From Ignavibacteriales bacterium (lineage in GTDB: Bacteria > Bacteroidota > Ignavibacteria > Ignavibacteriales > Ignavibacteriaceae): a DNA stretch of 59,632 nt. The notes beneath the pieces are model-generated. The model made no database searches. It was not told where the DNA came from and saw only the letters and a list, made by a program, of their open reading frames with translations. The position numbers and the translations under genes are program-made. The first letter of the stretch is position 1; each line of letters opens with the position of its first letter. Below are positions 1 through 9,438 of this stretch, piece after piece. The stretch covers positions 1 through 59,632 of the forward strand of contig JACPGF010000149.1 in NCBI GenBank assembly GCA_016182615.1, written 5' to 3'.

Positions 1-1053
1 AACGTTTACGACCGCCCGAAAATGACTGACTTTAAATATGAGCCGGATGCAAATCTTGTTTACAAAGTTAAGTACGAGCATCAGCCAACACTTAATTTAA
101 CGCAATACAAAGGCCTTGAAGTTGAAATTGCCGATTTGATTGTTACCGATGAGCTGGTTGAAGCTGAAATAAAAAAACTTATGGAATCGCATACCACCTT
201 AGTTGAGGCAGAAGTTATTGAAGACGAAAACTTTGCAGTTGACTGCGAGTTTAAACGGGTTGACGACGGAGGCGGCCACACTATTGCCGATGATGACAGG
301 AAGCCTTTCCCTATGAACATCCGTTTGTATCAGGAAGGTATTCAGCCTGCTTTAAAAGCTTCGCTGCTTAACAAAAAAGCGGGTGACACGTTCGAGTTTT
401 CATTTGAAGACAAGCATCAGCACACGCACGAGGATGGCACGCACGAAGACCATAATCAGGTAATGAAATACGACGGCGTTATTAATAAAGTAAGCAAAGT
501 GGTATTCCCCGAAACCAACGAAGAATTCATCAAAATGATTTCCCGCAACAAAGCGAACAATATTGAAGAGTTCCGGGAACAAATGCATAGGGATTATGAG
601 TTATTCTTTCAGGAACGGATGGATGAGGAAACCGAGCATAAGCTTGAAGACAAGCTTATCGAGGTAAATCCTTATACAACACCTGCTTCATTTGTTGAAC
701 GGTATCATCAAAATCTTATCGAAGAACGTTCAAAAGAGTTGAAGAAACAAGGCAAACAGTATCCGCGCGAGTATCTGGAAAAAACCCTGAAACCGGCAGC
801 AGAGCGTTTTGTTAAATTGTATTTTATCCGCAAAGAAGTTATTAAACTTGAAAATATTCAGGTTAATGAAGAAATTATGCGGGCACATGCAGAAGAAAAT
901 GCAAAAAAACTGAATTTTGATGCTGAAACCTTGTATAAGATTTATGCAGGGAACGAAGATATGCAGGAAACTGTCCTTCGCCAGGAATACCTGAAGTTCC
1001 TTAAATCAAATAACACCATTATAAAAGTGGAACTTAAAAAGGACGAACATTAA
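1..1053 (+). CDS. tig: Trigger factor, C-terminal ~350 aa (5' end outside window)
   Basis: Frame 1 is open from base 1, with no stop before the listed ATG at 22. The long acidic/helical C-terminal-arm-like sequence sits immediately upstream of clpP, the conserved tig-clpP arrangement. Confidence 0.8.
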   Translation, partial: NVYDRPKMTDFKYEPDANLVYKVKYEHQPTLNLTQYKGLEVEIADLIVTDELVEAEIKKLMESHTTLVEAEVIEDENFAVDCEFKRVDDGGGHTIADDDRKPFPMNIRLYQEGIQPALKASLLNKKAGDTFEFSFEDKHQHTHEDGTHEDHNQVMKYDGVINKVSKVVFPETNEEFIKMISRNKANNIEEFREQMHRDYELFFQERMDEETEHKLEDKLIEVNPYTTPASFVERYHQNLIEERSKELKKQGKQYPREYLEKTLKPAAERFVKLYFIRKEVIKLENIQVNEEIMRAHAEENAKKLNFDAETLYKIYAGNEDMQETVLRQEYLKFLKSNNTIIKVELKKDEH

Positions 1054-1065
1054 TAAAGGTTTGAC

Positions 1066-1677
1066 ATGAAAAATCATGTAGAGATTTACAATCAGTTAGT
1101 ACCATACGTTATCGAGCAGACCGGACGCGGCGAGCGGGGCATGGACATTTACTCGCGCCTTCTCCGTGAAAGAATTATCTTTATCGGCTCGGCCATTGAT
1201 GACCATGTTGCAAGCGTTATTATCGCGCAGCTTATTTTTCTGGAAGCAGAAGATGCTGCCAAAGATATTTTCTTGTACATCAACTCGCCGGGCGGCAGCG
1301 TGTCTTCCGGGATGGCTATTTACGATACCATGCAGTACGTTAAACCCGATGTAGCCACCATTTGCGTGGGTTTGGCAGCATCAATGGGTGCAGTGTTGCT
1401 TGCTGGCGGCGCGGCTGAAAAACGCACCTCGTTACCCCATTCCAAGATTATGATTCACCAGCCTTGGATTGGCGGTATGCAGGGACAGACAACCGACATT
1501 CAGATTCAGGCAAAAGAAATGCTGAAGACCCGCGATGTTTTATACAATGTGCTTTCGAAGCATACCGGAAAAACATTTGATGAAATTATGAAGGATTGCG
1601 ACAGGGATTATTACATGACAGCCGCCGAGGCTATGGAGTATAAGCTCATCGACAACGTTCTTGATAAGCGTAAATAA
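1066..1677 (+). CDS. clpP: ATP-dependent Clp protease proteolytic subunit
   Basis: The 203-aa product has ClpP hallmarks: [21 protein letters not shown], catalytic Ser in GLAASMGA, His in IMIHQP, Asp in DRDYYM. Confidence 0.95.
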   Translation: MKNHVEIYNQLVPYVIEQTGRGERGMDIYSRLLRERIIFIGSAIDDHVASVIIAQLIFLEAEDAAKDIFLYINSPGGSVSSGMAIYDTMQYVKPDVATICVGLAASMGAVLLAGGAAEKRTSLPHSKIMIHQPWIGGMQGQTTDIQIQAKEMLKTRDVLYNVLSKHTGKTFDEIMKDCDRDYYMTAAEAMEYKLIDNVLDKRK

Positions 1678-1693
1678 ACGTCTGAAAATTAAA

Positions 1694-1720
1694 AGCCGTC
1701 CTTTGGGGCGGCTTTTTTTT
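1694..1720 (+). terminator. Rho-independent terminator after clpP
   Basis: AGCCGTCC-TTTG-GGGCGGCT hairpin followed by a T8 run, 17 nt after the clpP stop. Confidence 0.7.
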
Positions 1721-2567
1721 GTATTTATTCAATGAGCAAAACAATTAATCTCAAATTCGAAAAGGTTTTTTGGTTCTATAACGTGGCTCTATAACGAAAA
1801 GTGTGCATAATTTCAGAAAAACTGACCTCGGGGAATTAGAAATGATACCAATTTGTAAAAATAGCCAGATCTGTTCCGGGAAAGTTGTTCGTATTTTGTT
1901 CAGTTTTTAACACAAAATTTCAACTATTTGTTCATCTTTCCAAGTATTCAATATCTACAAATTTCAATAAAAGTGAGGTGCCTTTTTGCTCCGGTAGGAG
2001 TAATCTGTTTGTAGAAAAATAGTTACCCATAGAATAGTGCGCTCCGTTAGGAGTGCTCCAAATTACCCCGGTAATAGAGTCTATAAAAAAGGCAATACAC
2101 CTATATATCTACGGAGCGCAGATGCAAATGGGGTTTAAATTTTCTACATACAGTAGGTGCCAATGGCACCAATTCTCACAAGTCGGCGAACAAAAAGTTA
2201 TCTTTTGGTATCACTATCAAATCCTAGATTCTATATCGGTATTTCAGAACTAATTATTTCCAAGTGATTATCAAACAATTACTTCCAGCTTTTCGACACT
2301 TTTTTTACTGATGTGAGGTCAGTTGTTCTGAATTTGAAAAGTATGTTATGTTATTTTGACATTCTATTGGACTTCAGCCCAACTATGCGTAACATAAGTT
2401 CATCATTCACCATTATAAATTCATACACCGGCAGAGCCAGAAGCGAAAATCTGTACTGCTGAAGTTTTCAAAATATTATATTTCATTGCCCTATTAGTGG
2501 AAGTTACATACCATAAAATTTCCAACAGGAGTAAAATTTTACTAAATAATCCGTTGCACCTTTGTTT

Positions 2568-2867
2568 TTATTTTAGTTTGCTTAGAATATCTCTTGCACT
2601 TTCATGCCCTGCCCCCTCTTCCATCCCTACCATCTGATAGAATTCACATTTCATACAATTGCCCAATTTGGAGGCAAAAGACCCTTGCACAATACCGCCG
2701 CATAATGTACCGGTAATTGCCCAGCAGGCTCTGCCGCCATTTTTTCCGTGGTTAATACCATTTGTCCGTGTTTCGGTTGAGGCGGGGCAAACACCCAGCT
2801 GTAATGCTTTTGCACCATTAGGTTCACGCCCGCAGTTTTTATATTCCCAGCAGTTTTGTATAGCCAT
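2568..2867 (-). CDS. Small cysteine-rich protein with duplicated C-W motif (two-CW-like domain)
   Basis: 99 aa with 7 Cys. NCWEYKNCGRE...GVCPA...GGRACWAITGTLCGG...CMKCEFY matches, from memory, the domain annotated as two-CW, which is usually N-terminal in sensor kinases. Here it stands alone. Confidence 0.55.
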   Translation of the reverse strand: MAIQNCWEYKNCGREPNGAKALQLGVCPASTETRTNGINHGKNGGRACWAITGTLCGGIVQGSFASKLGNCMKCEFYQMVGMEEGAGHESARDILSKLK

Positions 2868-3091
2868 AGAAACTCCGTTTATATATTACTGTTAAAAAAT
2901 CTTCTCTCGAATACGGGTATGTTTGTTTTCGTTGAGAATTCTAAGAGATGTAGTCACATCATGTAATTATATTCGAATGTTTTTACAATTAGTTTAGCTT
3001 GGCAACAAAACTGCCCTAACTGAAAAAAGGAAAAGCAACGGGGCAGGAATTGAGTAACATTGATAAACCGGCACCGCCCATGTTGAGGCTT

Positions 3092-3739
3092 TTATGAGTA
3101 TGGGGCGATAAAGAGGGCAATTACCATATAATGGCTGAATGCACCGAGAATGACAAACACGTGCCATATCTCGTGGAAACCGAATTTGCCACTAAAAAAA
3201 TTAGGCTTTTTAACCGCGTAAATTATTGCACCAAAGGTATAAAAAAAGCCGCCTGCAAAAAACCAAACAAGTGCCTGCGCTGGCATGGTGCGGAGTATTT
3301 CGCCAATTGCAGCTAAGGAAAGCCACCCCATGATAAGGTATATCCCGGTTGAAAGCCACCGCGGCGCGTTCAGGTAAAACAGCTTGAAAATAATTCCGGC
3401 AATGGCAACAATCCAAATTATTATTACCATTCCCCATTGCCAAAAACCGTTAAAAAAATACAGGCAAATAGGAGTGTACGTCCCGGCAATGGAAATATAA
3501 ATTGCCGAGTGATCCAGTTTCCTTAGTTTTTTTATTCCATCGGGCGAGGACTTCTTGAGGTGGTAAAACGCGCTTGAGCCAAACATCAGCACCTGGCTAA
3601 TACCATAAACAGTTAAGGCCACTGCCGAGCCCAAAGTGTGCGGCGCAATAAGCAGCAACACAGCCATGCCAACAAAGGCAAGGCATGCCGCAAAGAGATG
3701 TGTAAGCCCGTTTACCGGTTCGCGAAAATGTGAAAACAT
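3092..3739 (-). CDS. Hemolysin III / PAQR family membrane protein
   Basis: 215 aa with about 7 predicted TM helices. Family motifs present: N..TH, S..YH, LDHSAIYISIAGTYTP, HEIWH..V..G...H. Confidence 0.85.
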   Translation of the reverse strand: MFSHFREPVNGLTHLFAACLAFVGMAVLLLIAPHTLGSAVALTVYGISQVLMFGSSAFYHLKKSSPDGIKKLRKLDHSAIYISIAGTYTPICLYFFNGFWQWGMVIIIWIVAIAGIIFKLFYLNAPRWLSTGIYLIMGWLSLAAIGEILRTMPAQALVWFFAGGFFYTFGAIIYAVKKPNFFSGKFGFHEIWHVFVILGAFSHYMVIALFIAPYS

Positions 3740-3749
3740 GTTAATGCAA

Positions 3750-3777
3750 TTATGAATTAGGATTTATAAATTATAAA
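3750..3777 (+). repeat. Tandem heptamer array, ~4 degenerate units (TTATGAA TTAGGAT TTATAAA TTATAAA)
   Basis: Period-7 repeat read directly. Same unit family as the arrays at 29844, 30982, 37929 and 43187. Confidence 0.4.
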
Positions 3778-3842
3778 CGGGTTTAAGCAATGTAAGCTGC
3801 TAAAACCACCGTACAAAATACGGTAAGAGTACTGAACAACTT

Positions 3843-6800
3843 TTAGAATTTTTTCATTTTCTCCAGTTCTGGTAAAAGCTCACTAATTGCCTGTCTAACC
3901 ATTGCTTCCACTCTGTCAAGGATGGGCCCGATTTTACCGGTGCCTCTTTGTTCCAACGCCGACTTTTCAACTTCCAGTACCATTTCCATTGCATCATTCA
4001 GGCCCATGTACCCCATAGTAGGCCGGAGGCGGTGTGCAATTTTCACCAGTTCGCGCCAATCCCCCGCTTTGTAATGCACCTGCATTTTCGCGAGAGCCCC
4101 GGGTGTTTGCCCGACAAACAGCGTTATCATTTCACGCATCGTCGTCAAGTCTCCGGCAACCATCTCGTATAATGGAGCCAGATGAGTAATTTGTTTTTGG
4201 CCGGAAGTTTCTACATCAGGAGCAGCAGCTATTTCAGGCAAACCGGAAATAACCATACGAGCCTTGGATAACTTACTTAGCAATTCATGCGGTTTAAATG
4301 GTTTGCTTAAATAATCGTTCATCCCGCTTTGCAATACCATTTCTTTCGATTCAAGCAAGGCGGATGCGGTAAGGGCAATAATATATGTATCTTTTTTCGG
4401 CTCACTCAATTCAGTGCGAATTTTTGCCGTCGCCTCGTATCCATCAAGCTCCGGCATCGAAATATCCATGAGCACGAGATTGTAATTCCCATCGCGCAGC
4501 ATGGTAAAAGCTTCTAACCCGTTTTGAGCAATGGCATAGGGGACATCCCATAATTTAAGCATACTAGTAACAACAAGCTGATTCATTTCATTATCTTCGG
4601 CAATAAGGACGTTAAAACCCTTCACGGAATCGGCGGTAATCTCCGGTTCGGGCAGCTTTCCGTACTCCTGATTAACTAAAACCTCTTCTGCCGGTACTCC
4701 AAACGGCATTAATATGGTAAAAACAGAGCCTTTGCCGGGACTGCTTTCAGCAACAATACTGCCACCCTGATTTTCGACAAGCCCTTTAACAATAGCAAGC
4801 CCCAATCCGGTTCCCCGTATTTTAGTTGTTCGGTTATCGGCTACTTGCTCGAAGCGTTCAAAAATCCGTTTCAAATCCTCTTTGCTGATTCCAATACCCG
4901 TATCACTAATTTGAATCATAAGCGTAACCGTACCGTTCGACTTGTCCCAAACCCGGCAGTGTATGGTAACATTGCCTTCCTTTGTAAACTTAACCGCGTT
5001 CGAAACCAGATTGAGTATTATCTGATTCAATCGCACCTGATCGCCGATTAATACATTAGGCACTTCCGGATTAATTTCAATAATAAAATCGATATTCTTA
5101 TCGCTCTTGGCAAATGCAACAGTTTGTTGTACCTGGTTAAGCAGTTCATCAAAAAGGAATGGCTCTTTGGCATAGTCAATTTTACCGGCTTCGATTTTAC
5201 TAAAATCGAGTATGTCGTTGATAATAACCAGCAGGTTCTCTGACGAAAATTTAATAGCATTCAGGAAATGCTCCTGCTCGGGTGAAGGGTGCATTTCTAA
5301 AAGTAAATGCGAAAGGCCAAGTACCGCGTTCATTGGTGTACGGATTTCGTGGCTCATGTGTGCCAAAAACCGGTCCTTTGCCCTGATGGATTCTTCGGCC
5401 GCACCTTTTGCTCTCAGTAATTCTTCTGCAGCATGCTTGCGTTGTGTAATATCCCTGCCAACGGCATACAAAACATCACCTTCAATAAACGCGGTTGCCT
5501 GCCATGAAATCCATTTGATACTTCCGTCTTTACAAATAAACCTGTTTTCGAAATCGGTAATGGTTCCCCCGTTACGCACCTTGTTTATTTCATTAATCGT
5601 GGCATCTCTGTCGTCGGGATGGATGAAATTGGTCAACGGAGAACTTATCAAAACCGGGGATGTATAACCAAGCAGCTTTTCAAATGCCGGATTTATTCTC
5701 CTGAACATTTTGTCAAAGCCAGCTATGCAGAGTAAATCGGGAGAAAGGTTAAAGAACCGGTCACGTTCATCTTCTGCCCGCCGTCTTTCGGTTATATCAA
5801 CACCATAGCCTACAAGGCGCACGATATTTCGCTGTTTGTCCAGCACCGGACTGATAACCCTGAAAAAATATTTTGTCGAGCCGTCGGGGTATGCAATTTT
5901 TTCTTCAAACGGAAAGGCAGTGCCGGTTTTTAGAGCCTGCTTTAAATAAAACTGCCGGTGCCTCCCGACACTTTCGTCAATACCCCTCCTTTTGCAATAC
6001 TCTAAATCGTCCCTGCCAATAATCCAATCCCGCAGTTCACTATCCCGCAAACTTTCGGGATTAATAAACAAGTACCGCAAGTCGGTATCAAAAACGGCAA
6101 TTTGCCCGGGAAGGTCATTAAGGATTTGCTCATAAAATTCCTTAAGCGATTTTATATCATCCTGATATTTTTTAATCTCGGTAATATCACGGGCAACAGC
6201 CTGCAGTCCAACAACCGTGTCTCCTTCAACTAAAAGATGGACATTTTGGCCGAACCAGATTTCCTTCCCGGACTTTGTTATTGCCGGGAACTCGAAGTAA
6301 GTGGAGATAATTTTTTCACGTATCTGCTTTTGGTAAAACCGGTAGGTGCGTTCCTTGTAATCCGGACGCACGAGAGAGAGATAGTTCATCCCTATAAATT
6401 GTTCTTCTGGATATTCCATTACCCGTACGGAAGTAGGATTAACAACGGTAAAGATGCCGCCGGGAGTAATGCAGAATATAACCTCCGAAGCAAAGTTAAC
6501 GATATTGCGGTAATGCTCTTCGCTCTGCTTTATTTTCCGTTCGGTTTGCTTTCTATATGTAATGTCACGGTATTGCCACAAATGTCCGCGGTAACTTTCG
6601 GCCATAAAAATCGGGATATAATCACGCTCGAAAGTTCTGCCGTCAATCAGTTCCAGCTCCAAATTGCGGACAATAACCTTGTTTGATAACGCGGTTTTAA
6701 TACCGGTTACAAATTCCTGCGGGTCTTTGAACATAGATTTAAAATCTTCGACTGAGGAAGTGCAATCCATACCGGTCATATCCTCCGGGGCAGTGGGAAT

Positions 6801-7814
6801 CCCGAACATAGTGCAAAACTCAGCGTTGGTTAGAACAATTTTCCGTTCCTCGTCTTCAACAAGAATCCCGGTTTGCAAATTTTGCATCAACGTGGCAATC
6901 CGCAATGATGCATCGCGCAGTTTTGCCCCGGCTTCAATCCGTCCGGTCACATCCTCCTGAACACCGATAAAATGTGTTGTTACGCCTTCCTCGTTTACAA
7001 GCGGGGTAATGGTAAGGTCATTCCAAAAAAGGGAGCCATCCTTGCGTTGATTAAGCAAAAGAGTTGACACACTTTGCCGTTTTGCAATTGCTTCCCGGAT
7101 TTTCTGCAATGCTTCGCGGTTGGTTCGCGGACTATTCAGGGACCTGCAGTTTTTACCGGTAATTTCATGCTGCTTGTAGCCTGTAAGTTTTTCAAATGAT
7201 TTGTTAACATAAATTATAGGGTTGTCTGCCTGCAATGCATCGGTGATAACAATTCCGTTGCTGCTGCTCATCAGTGCCCGGTCATGCAGCATCAGCATTT
7301 CTTCGGCATTGTTTTTCTCTTGTATGCTCAGTAAGCGCGTGTACGCTGCACCTATTAGCCGGCAAATAAACGATAGTGCTGCAATGTGCACTTTGGTAAA
7401 ACAGCCGGGAACAGCACACGCCAACTCGAGTACACCTACGCAGCCTGCATTGCCCATTACCGGAAGGCACAAATATGATTGTGCCGGTTTGCCATGCAAA
7501 ACAGAGTTTATATTTTCAGGCTTTCCGGTCAGGTACACTGTTTTACCCTTCTTAAATACTTCTCCCGGATTTCTTTCCATTACAGAACTGTTTGCATCTG
7601 CAATTTCTGCTTCCGTGCAGCCTTTTGATGCTGTTAGTTCAAGCCGTGCCGTGCCGGCATTGTAAAAGTACAAACAAGCTTCATCAACAGGGAGGATTTC
7701 GTCAACCGCAGCAAGTACAAAACCACCAAGGCCTTCAACATCAACTGCTGCCTGTAGATGGATGGCAACTTTTTCAAGTTTTTGTAATACCGAAACAGTG
7801 GACAAATTCTTCAT
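3843..7814 (-). CDS. Hybrid sensor histidine kinase (GAF, multiple PAS, HisKA, HATPase, receiver, HPt)
   Basis: 1323 aa. H-box FLAHMSHEIRTPMNAVLG; G-box GTGLGLAIVKGLVENQGG; receiver NVLIAEDNEMNQ...LVLMDISMPELDGYE...SKPF; C-terminal HPt-like AHRLRPTMGYMGL; several PAS-like repeats and an N-terminal GAF-like region. Confidence 0.9.
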   Translation of the reverse strand: MKNLSTVSVLQKLEKVAIHLQAAVDVEGLGGFVLAAVDEILPVDEACLYFYNAGTARLELTASKGCTEAEIADANSSVMERNPGEVFKKGKTVYLTGKPENINSVLHGKPAQSYLCLPVMGNAGCVGVLELACAVPGCFTKVHIAALSFICRLIGAAYTRLLSIQEKNNAEEMLMLHDRALMSSSNGIVITDALQADNPIIYVNKSFEKLTGYKQHEITGKNCRSLNSPRTNREALQKIREAIAKRQSVSTLLLNQRKDGSLFWNDLTITPLVNEEGVTTHFIGVQEDVTGRIEAGAKLRDASLRIATLMQNLQTGILVEDEERKIVLTNAEFCTMFGIPTAPEDMTGMDCTSSVEDFKSMFKDPQEFVTGIKTALSNKVIVRNLELELIDGRTFERDYIPIFMAESYRGHLWQYRDITYRKQTERKIKQSEEHYRNIVNFASEVIFCITPGGIFTVVNPTSVRVMEYPEEQFIGMNYLSLVRPDYKERTYRFYQKQIREKIISTYFEFPAITKSGKEIWFGQNVHLLVEGDTVVGLQAVARDITEIKKYQDDIKSLKEFYEQILNDLPGQIAVFDTDLRYLFINPESLRDSELRDWIIGRDDLEYCKRRGIDESVGRHRQFYLKQALKTGTAFPFEEKIAYPDGSTKYFFRVISPVLDKQRNIVRLVGYGVDITERRRAEDERDRFFNLSPDLLCIAGFDKMFRRINPAFEKLLGYTSPVLISSPLTNFIHPDDRDATINEINKVRNGGTITDFENRFICKDGSIKWISWQATAFIEGDVLYAVGRDITQRKHAAEELLRAKGAAEESIRAKDRFLAHMSHEIRTPMNAVLGLSHLLLEMHPSPEQEHFLNAIKFSSENLLVIINDILDFSKIEAGKIDYAKEPFLFDELLNQVQQTVAFAKSDKNIDFIIEINPEVPNVLIGDQVRLNQIILNLVSNAVKFTKEGNVTIHCRVWDKSNGTVTLMIQISDTGIGISKEDLKRIFERFEQVADNRTTKIRGTGLGLAIVKGLVENQGGSIVAESSPGKGSVFTILMPFGVPAEEVLVNQEYGKLPEPEITADSVKGFNVLIAEDNEMNQLVVTSMLKLWDVPYAIAQNGLEAFTMLRDGNYNLVLMDISMPELDGYEATAKIRTELSEPKKDTYIIALTASALLESKEMVLQSGMNDYLSKPFKPHELLSKLSKARMVISGLPEIAAAPDVETSGQKQITHLAPLYEMVAGDLTTMREMITLFVGQTPGALAKMQVHYKAGDWRELVKIAHRLRPTMGYMGLNDAMEMVLEVEKSALEQRGTGKIGPILDRVEAMVRQAISELLPELEKMKKF

Positions 7815-8311
7815 AAACAGTATTCTGCCGGTAAAACCGTGCCGTTACGTAACAAAACACTTTTTATTCTGACGGGCATGTAAAAACCTTTTAAGAAATT
7901 ATTTTTCTATTTTTTCAAGAGTTCTCATCTGCGCTTACACAACTTTCAATAATGAAATGCTGCTGAACTGGCTGGAGCCGAATTAAAAGTACTCTTTTTA
8001 ATTTTGCTTTCCAAACACAACGCTCACACTTGGAATTAATCCCAGAGTTATGTTTACCGAGTCCATATTGATGGATGTTGATTTTAGTTCATATCCGGTT
8101 TCAACACCAGCCCCAGCCCCGGGATACTCATATTCGACAAGGTATCCCGCAGTTTATCCATGCGGCCGTCTTTAAACTCCGGCACAATTTATTTTTCTTC
8201 ATCACTCCAGTTGCTTTCTTTCAATTCAGAAATTTTATCTTTAAGTGCCGGTGCGGAACCCTTTGCTTTTGCAAAAATACTATCCTGCATATCTTAAGTA
8301 ATCCTTGTTTT

Positions 8312-8950
8312 TTATACAGAGAAACAAATATACTTAATTGTTCTGCCTTGTGAAAGATGGAACTTTTCGAAACGTGTTTGCAGCATAATGTTCCCGGGAA
8401 CATCGTTTGCATTGTACAAATCAGCCGATGAAAAGTGAATGGTGCATTTTTCCCGTGCTGTTATTTTACACGCGTAATCAAATAAAATATCATCATCGGT
8501 TTTTAGATGTACTTTTCCACCCGGGATAAGAATTGCCTTATACACCTCCAGATACCGGGGATGCACGAGCATTGCTTTCATATTCTTCCGGTGCGGCAGT
8601 GGATTGGGGAAAGGAATATATATTTCATCAACCGAGGGAGTAGTAATTATCTCACGCAGCCTTTGAATTTGTGCCAGCAAAAAAGCCGCGTTGCGTACCC
8701 CCGCTTTATCGGCATCCTGAGCGGCGTTCCAAATCCGCGCACCGGCACGGTCAACGCCGATATAGTTCCTGCCGGGGTTTTGCAGTGCAAGGTCTATGGT
8801 GTATTCACCATTCCCGCAGCCAAGCTCTAAAGTGAAACGGCAATTGTTTGAAAAGTAAGCAGTAATTCTATCAATAATATCTTCCTGATCGGTATTAAAA
8901 ACGTTTGGTAGTGTACGTACTTCGGCCTGTTTTAGATGTTTTCTTCGCAT
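8312..8950 (-). CDS. trmB: tRNA (guanine-N7)-methyltransferase
   Basis: 212 aa with SAM motif LELGCGNGEY, then NYIGVD and IYIPFPNP, typical of TrmB. Confidence 0.8.
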   Translation of the reverse strand: MRRKHLKQAEVRTLPNVFNTDQEDIIDRITAYFSNNCRFTLELGCGNGEYTIDLALQNPGRNYIGVDRAGARIWNAAQDADKAGVRNAAFLLAQIQRLREIITTPSVDEIYIPFPNPLPHRKNMKAMLVHPRYLEVYKAILIPGGKVHLKTDDDILFDYACKITAREKCTIHFSSADLYNANDVPGNIMLQTRFEKFHLSQGRTIKYICFSV

Positions 8951-9107
8951 GAATAGGTTAATTATGAAACAAATCGTTATAACTCCCTAAAATTACGGAA
9001 AAATAGACACTGCATCTTTGCATATTTTGCAGTTACCTTACATTTCCCGGTAAGATTGTCGTGTGCTGTATAAAACGGTTTCATTTTAGTAACAACAAAT
9101 ATTTTTT

Positions 9108-9283
9108 GTAACTACTCAGCTTATGTCTAAAATAATTTACATCTCCTAACTTCAGACTATGGGTATCCATCACTTCGTGAAAGCCTGAGGTTAGGTCATA
9201 AAAATTTCGCAGTACTTCTTAAGCTGTTTATTTGTAACTAAACGCCTAAACTCAACTTTATTTTACATAAGCTGAGTAGTTAC
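9108..9283. repeat. 19-bp perfect inverted repeat pair flanking a 138-bp spacer that contains a nested hairpin
   Basis: GTAACTACTCAGCTTATGT (9108-9126) is the exact reverse complement of 9265-9283. Nested CCTAACTTCAG (9145-9155) pairs with CTGAGGTTAGG (9185-9195) with one G-U. Confidence 0.6.
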
Positions 9284-9438
9284 TATTTTTTAAAGCAATC
9301 TTTTATTTCCTTTCCATTTAGGGTAAACATAATTTAAATTGTGCAGGTATTTTTCCGGTTCTAACCGGACGAATGGAAAGCACATTTCCTGTCCGGTATC
9401 CTTAATAAGACAATATGAGAAAGTGAAGTGGAATAGAG

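Noticed and set aside
2053-2253. 66-aa plus-strand ORF in the clpP-downstream spacer
   Set aside because: It runs through the hairpin-cluster repeats (GCGCTCC..GGAGTGC, GGTGCC..GGCACC). It has no Shine-Dalgarno site, and the translation looks like repeat read-through.
5212-7665. Several 98-151-aa plus-strand ORFs (5212-5667, 6237-6686, 6664-6960, 7222-7665) inside the histidine kinase gene
   Set aside because: All are antisense to a continuous 1323-aa ORF with clear kinase, receiver and HPt motifs.
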